Assembly (NCBI GenBank): GCA_040767195.1
Contig: JAXGPA010000007.1
Coordinates: 1-64,000 of the forward strand
DNA from: Syntrophales bacterium
Lineage (GTDB): Bacteria > Desulfobacterota > Syntrophia > Syntrophales > UBA6807
Length of the DNA stretch: 64,000 nt
Direction of reading: 5' to 3'
In this document: one piece after another, positions 59,375-64,000 of the stretch
How the letters are laid out: the number at the start of each line of letters is the position of its first letter
Position numbering within the stretch: the first letter of the stretch is position 1
Translations under genes and position numbers: made by a program
Notes under the pieces: generated by a model
The model's input: the letters and a program-made list of their open reading frames with translations, nothing else
What the model was told of the DNA's origin: nothing
Database searches by the model: none

Positions 59375-61288
59375 TCAGTCCACCTCGATGATCCTGTCGC
59401 CCCGGATCGACAGGACGAAGAGCTTTTTCAAGGCCTCTCCCCCTTCATCGAAGCCGGTCGGGCCCGTGACGCCGGGGTAGTTTTTCAGCTGCAGAAGGGC
59501 GTCCCGCAGGTCTTCCCGGATTCGGATTCTATCGTCTTCCAGGAGCGTGAGCAGGATTTTCATGGTGTCAAAGGCGAGGGCCTCGATTTCCGCGGGGTTT
59601 CTTCCATAGGCGAAGTAAAAGCGGTCCACGAAATCCCGAACGGCGCGGGAAAGGCTGTCCAGGAAAAAAACGTCGACGAAGACCGCTTCCTGGAGATACG
59701 TCGTTTCGCCCTGGAGGAGGTCCGGGGTGTTCCAGAGATTCGAACCCAGGAGCTGGACCGTCGTGATGTCGTGGAAAGCGAGCTGGGGCGCGATGAGCCG
59801 GGCTTTCAGGGCCGTGTCGGGAATGAAGAGGGCGTCGAAATCGACGACAGGAGAGGGCTTTTCTTCTTCCGGCCCGTCTTTCTTTTCGGGGAGTCCGGCG
59901 AGGGCCCGGATCTCCCGGCTGAAGTCGGTCGCGTTCGGCTCGTAGGACTCAACGCCCCGGACCTCACCGCCGTACCATTCCACCTCGTTCCAGAAGGCCT
60001 CCATCATCTCGGTCCCGTAGGGGTCATCGGGGTAGAGAATGGCGAAACGCTTCATGCCCATGTTCATGAAGGCGAAGTGAACCAGGGTTTTCATGATCAT
60101 GGGAGGGGTCAGAAAGTTCCGGAAGACGAAATCGCCCGTTTCCGTAATCGCCTCTTTCTGGGTCAGCGTGACGAGCGGAACCTGAAGCGCCTGGGCCGTC
60201 CGGGCCGCCTCTTCCGCCGCGTCGCCGGCCATGGTCCCGATGATTCCCATGACCCGGTCTTCCATGACAAGCTTCTCCACGGCCTTTTTTCCACCCGAAG
60301 GCTCACCGGCCGAGTCTTCGATGAAGAGTTCCATGGGCGGGACCGCCGCGTCCGAGGCCTGGTTTTCCAGGTCCAGCGCGAGCAGGGCCGCGTCCAGCGC
60401 CTTTTGTCCGAAAGCGGCGAACTTGCCGGAGAGCGGGAGGATCAGGCCGACGGCCCGCCGATTCACCTGGGCCATCTTCTCGAGGCGGTTCAGTATGTCC
60501 TGTCCCTCACCGGCCAGGGGATGCCCAGGGTGGCCGTCCAGGAAGCGCCCCACATAGGACCGGGCGGCGTCGGCGTCTCCCCTGTCATAGGACAGCCGGG
60601 CCAGGGCCACGAGGACATACCCGGAGGGATAGCGTCTTTTTTGCTTTTCAAGGAGCGCCTTCAGTTCGTTCTCATCAAGGCCGTGGCGCACGATCCCCTC
60701 TGTTTTCCCCCGCAGGGCGCTTTCCACGGCCTCGCCCGGTCTCTCTTCCAGGGCGAGGAGATAATACGTCACGGCCCCGGAGGCGTTTCCGGCGGCAAGC
60801 AGGTTGTCTCCCATGAGGGCAAGGGTTTTTGCTTTCAGGGCCGGAGAGAGCGGCTCCCGCAGAAGCTCCCGGGACAGAAGCTCGGACCTCGACGGGTCGC
60901 CTTCCCGTAAGGCGAGGAGAGCGAGGAGATACCGTGTCTCGTGGTAAAGCGGGTCTCCCTGGTACGGCGGGCCGAGGGCCTCCAGTTCCCGGCGGGCCCC
61001 GGCAAGATCCCCTTTCTCCAGGAGAATTTCACCCAGGCGAAGCCGGGCCAGGGCACCGGGCGTTCCCCCGGGGTGGCTTTTCACAAGCGTTTCGTAAAGG
61101 GGAAGGGCGGCTTCCAGATCCCCCGAGCGATAGGCTGTTTCGGCCTCGTGGAAGAGGGGCTGCAACGCCAGGGGAATCCGGTCAAGGGAGGGGATCGGTT
61201 CCTCCACCCGGGGGGCTGTTTTCACCGCGCAGGCGCAAAGGGAAAGGCCGAGAAAAAACAGGAAAAAAAGCCGGAACACGTTTTTCAT
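59375..61288 (-). CDS. Penicillin-binding protein activator LpoA/LppC-like lipoprotein
   Basis: Lipobox LCAC, TPR N-half, periplasmic-binding-fold C-half 'GLILPLSG', 'FDALFIPD', 'PGVTG'. Confidence 0.82.
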   Translation of the reverse strand: MKNVFRLFFLFFLGLSLCACAVKTAPRVEEPIPSLDRIPLALQPLFHEAETAYRSGDLEAALPLYETLVKSHPGGTPGALARLRLGEILLEKGDLAGARRELEALGPPYQGDPLYHETRYLLALLALREGDPSRSELLSRELLREPLSPALKAKTLALMGDNLLAAGNASGAVTYYLLALEERPGEAVESALRGKTEGIVRHGLDENELKALLEKQKRRYPSGYVLVALARLSYDRGDADAARSYVGRFLDGHPGHPLAGEGQDILNRLEKMAQVNRRAVGLILPLSGKFAAFGQKALDAALLALDLENQASDAAVPPMELFIEDSAGEPSGGKKAVEKLVMEDRVMGIIGTMAGDAAEEAARTAQALQVPLVTLTQKEAITETGDFVFRNFLTPPMIMKTLVHFAFMNMGMKRFAILYPDDPYGTEMMEAFWNEVEWYGGEVRGVESYEPNATDFSREIRALAGLPEKKDGPEEEKPSPVVDFDALFIPDTALKARLIAPQLAFHDITTVQLLGSNLWNTPDLLQGETTYLQEAVFVDVFFLDSLSRAVRDFVDRFYFAYGRNPAEIEALAFDTMKILLTLLEDDRIRIREDLRDALLQLKNYPGVTGPTGFDEGGEALKKLFVLSIRGDRIIEVD

Positions 61289-61307
61289 GAATTTACCCGC
61301 GGGACGC

Positions 61308-61907
61308 TTATCGTTCAATGGACTCGATGTACCGGGTCAGTTCCTCCGCCAGGGCGGGGGAATCGACGGCGATGGACATTTCACGGTTGTATTTCAGGGC
61401 CGACTGGGTGAAGTTGTGGCTTCCCACGAATACGCGGCGTCTGTCGATGACGGCGACTTTCGTGTGGGTCGTCCGGCCCGGTGAATCAAAAACGGTGGCG
61501 ATTCCGGCCTTTCGCAGGCGCTTTGCCGTTTTCTCGTTCGATCGGTTCACCGAGGACCGGGGATTGTCGTCCCTTTCGAGAAGGACCGTGACCCGGACCC
61601 CCCGCCGGGACGCCCTTTCAAGACGGTCCAGGATCCCGTCGGGGCGGTTTCCCTTGTGCCCGTTGGTCTTGAAAAGGAAAACGGCGATGAGGATCTCTTT
61701 TTGGGCCCCGTCGATGGCGTCCGAAAGGGCGGTGAAAAACGCGCCGTCCTGGAGAAGCCGGACGGAAGCCGCCGGCTCTTCCGCTCCCATTGCCGGGTAA
61801 CAGGTGCCAAGGACAGTGATGGCGAAGAAAAGGGGCAAAATGAAACGGGAGAGTCCTGGAAAAAATGGTCGTGCCGTGTCTTTTTCCTCCTTTTGCAAGC
61901 CCGTCAC
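61308..61907 (-). CDS. Phospholipase D-like protein (single HKD, Nuc-type)
   Basis: 'HTKVAVID...VGSHNFT...NRE'. Confidence 0.85.
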   Translation of the reverse strand: MTGLQKEEKDTARPFFPGLSRFILPLFFAITVLGTCYPAMGAEEPAASVRLLQDGAFFTALSDAIDGAQKEILIAVFLFKTNGHKGNRPDGILDRLERASRRGVRVTVLLERDDNPRSSVNRSNEKTAKRLRKAGIATVFDSPGRTTHTKVAVIDRRRVFVGSHNFTQSALKYNREMSIAVDSPALAEELTRYIESIER

Positions 61908-62023
61908 TCCAATTCGTTCCGGGTCACCGGAAAGCGGGCAGGGGGGTCGGGACCCTTCCGATTGAACCCGTCAAGGTCGAACCCTGACACATTTATAAAA
62001 CATTTGTATTTCCAAGTCGACAT

Positions 62024-62057
62024 GAAAATGCCCGGGACGGCCACCCGCCCCGGGCAT
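62024..62057 (-). terminator. Putative terminator downstream of dnaK
   Basis: ATGCCCGGG...CCCGGGCAT inverted repeat followed by TTTT on the minus strand. Confidence 0.65.
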
Positions 62058-62081
62058 GATCGAACCCCGTGATAAAAGACT

Positions 62082-64000
62082 TTACTTCACTTCCTCGAAA
62101 TCGGCGTCCACCACGTCGTCGTCCCCTTTGCCCGCCGCCCCGGGCTGCGGGCCTTCAGGCCCCGCTCCCGGACCGGCCCCGGGACCGCCCTGCTGGGCCG
62201 ACGCCTTGGCGTACATGGCCTCGGCAAGCTTGTGGGTCGCCTGGGTCAGTTCTTCCTGGGCCTTGCGGATGGCTTCCGCGTCGTCTCCGTTCAATGTTTC
62301 CTTGACCTTCTTCACGGCGTCCTCGATCCGGGAACGTTCCCCGGCGTCGATCTTGTCGCCGAATTCCTTCAGGTTCTTCTCAACGGTGTAAACGAGGGCG
62401 TCCGCCTGGTTTCTCGCCTCGATGAGATCTTTTTTCTTCGTGTCCTCGTCGGCATGGGCCTCGGCGTCCTTCACGAGACGCTGGATTTCCTCATCCGTCA
62501 GGCCGCTCGACGACGTGATCCGGATGCTCTGCTCCTTCCCCGTGCCCAGGTCCTTGGCGGAAACGTGGACGATACCGTTGGCGTCGATGTCGAAAGTCAC
62601 CTCGACCTGGGGAACGCCCCGGGGGGCCGGCGGAATGCCGACGAGCTCGAAGCGGCCGAGGGTCTTGTTGTCCGGCGCCATGGGACGCTCTCCCTGGAGA
62701 ACGTGGATGCTCACCGCCGGCTGGTTGTCCGCGGCGGTGGAGAAGATCTGGCTTTTGCGCGTGGGGATGGTCGTGTTCTTCTCGATGAGTTTCGTCATGA
62801 CGCCGCCCAGGGTCTCGATGCCCAGGGACAGGGGGGTCACGTCGAGAAGGAGGACGTCCTTCACGTCGCCCGTCAGGACGCCGCCCTGGATCGCGGCGCC
62901 CACGGCCACCACCTCATCGGGATTGACCCCCTTGTGGGGGTCCTTGCCGAAGATTTCCTTGACCTTCTGCTGAACCTTGGGCATCCGGGTCATGCCGCCT
63001 ACCAGGATCACCTCGTCGATGTCCCGGGCCGAGAGGCCCGCGTCTTTCAGGGCCGTCCGGCAGGGTCCTTCCACCTTGGCGATGAGGTCCTCCACGAGCA
63101 TCTCGAGCTTGGCCCGGGAAAGCCTCATGGTGAGGTGCTTGGGACCGGAGGCGTCGGCGGTGATGAAGGGCAGGTTGATGTCCGTCTCCATGGACGTGGA
63201 CAGTTCCATCTTGGCTTTTTCCGCCGCTTCCTTGATGCGCTGCAGGGCCATGCGGTCTTTTCGAAGATCGATGCCCTGGTCCTTCCGGAATTCGTCGGCG
63301 ACGTAGTCCATGAGCTTCTGGTCGAAGTCCTCACCACCCAGGTGGGTGTCCCCGTTGGTCGATTTGACCTCGAAAACGCCGTCTCCCAGTTCGAGGATGG
63401 AGATGTCGAAGGTTCCGCCGCCCAGGTCGAAGACGGCTATTTTCTCGTCTTTTTTCTTGTCGAGACCGTAGGCCAGCGCCGCCGCCGTCGGTTCGTTGAT
63501 GATCCGCTTGACGTTGAGTCCCGCGATTTTTCCGGCGTCCTTCGTGGCCTGGCGCTGGGAGTCGTTGAAGTAGGCCGGCACGGTGATGACGGCGTCGTCG
63601 ATTTTCTCTCCCAGGTAATCTTCGGCGGTCTGTTTCATCTTCGTCAGGACCATGGCCGAGATCTCCGTGGGACTGTAATTCTTCCCGCGGATGCTCACCT
63701 GAGCGTCGCCGTTCGAGGCTTCGGTGATCTTGTAGGGGGCGATCCCCTTGTCGTACTGGGCTTCCCTGGAGCTGAACTTGCGGCCGATGAGCCTCTTGAT
63801 GGCGTAGACGGTGTTTTCCGCGTTGGTCACCGCCTGTCTTTTGGCCGCCTGGCCGACAATGCGGTCGCCGCTCTCGGGGAAGGCCACCATGGACGGCGTG
63901 GTCCGGCTTCCTTCCTGGTTCGTTATGACGACGGGGTCCCCCCCCTCCATGACGGCAACGCAGGAGTTGGTCGTTCCCAGGTCGATTCCGATAATTTTAC
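62082..64000 (-). CDS. dnaK: Chaperone DnaK (start just beyond the window end)
   Basis: Minus strand reads [12 protein letters not shown] at the window edge; 'TVPAYFND', 'DLGGGTFD', C-terminal '[10 protein letters not shown]'. Confidence 0.98.
   Translation of the reverse strand, partial: KIIGIDLGTTNSCVAVMEGGDPVVITNQEGSRTTPSMVAFPESGDRIVGQAAKRQAVTNAENTVYAIKRLIGRKFSSREAQYDKGIAPYKITEASNGDAQVSIRGKNYSPTEISAMVLTKMKQTAEDYLGEKIDDAVITVPAYFNDSQRQATKDAGKIAGLNVKRIINEPTAAALAYGLDKKKDEKIAVFDLGGGTFDISILELGDGVFEVKSTNGDTHLGGEDFDQKLMDYVADEFRKDQGIDLRKDRMALQRIKEAAEKAKMELSTSMETDINLPFITADASGPKHLTMRLSRAKLEMLVEDLIAKVEGPCRTALKDAGLSARDIDEVILVGGMTRMPKVQQKVKEIFGKDPHKGVNPDEVVAVGAAIQGGVLTGDVKDVLLLDVTPLSLGIETLGGVMTKLIEKNTTIPTRKSQIFSTAADNQPAVSIHVLQGERPMAPDNKTLGRFELVGIPPAPRGVPQVEVTFDIDANGIVHVSAKDLGTGKEQSIRITSSSGLTDEEIQRLVKDAEAHADEDTKKKDLIEARNQADALVYTVEKNLKEFGDKIDAGERSRIEDAVKKVKETLNGDDAEAIRKAQEELTQATHKLAEAMYAKASAQQGGPGAGPGAGPEGPQPGAAGKGDDDVVDADFEEVK

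Overview
A gene-dense, GC-rich bacterial chromosomal segment, most consistent with an anaerobic deltaproteobacterium (Desulfobacterota/Syntrophales-like; inferred from gene content). I saw no rRNA, tRNA, CRISPR array, transposase or prophage. In order: a truncated MarR regulator; DUF3108 and M23 peptidase genes; a secreted TPR-PDZ-caspase(C14) protein; htpX; a full-length homologue of lactic-acid-bacterial tyrosine decarboxylase; PilZ-like and PAS-LuxR genes; two tandem SLC13/TrkA-C permeases; ygiQ; a MEDS-PAS-GGDEF cyclase; nikR plus an ECF-type Ni/Co uptake operon with two matching operator boxes; citrate synthase; DUF5752-treT-otsA; a complete membrane-bound group 1 [NiFe]-hydrogenase operon (small, large, cyt b, protease, hypACDBFE); a lytic transglycosylase; a LolA-like/ABC/outer-membrane cassette; a 3x114-aa repeat surface protein with a CFI C-terminal motif; birA-SSS-rnd behind a perfect BirA operator; a geranylgeranyl-reductase-like gene; TauE, Gate-domain and cytidylate-kinase-like genes; a stand-alone molybdopterin enzyme with an altered Fe-S motif; surE, lpoA-like, PLD and dnaK (5' truncated). 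The best leads are a BirA-controlled sodium:solute symporter (candidate biotin transporter) near a possibly avidin/calycin-like repeat protein, and the exported TPR-PDZ-caspase. All product calls come from motif recognition by eye; no database search was run.
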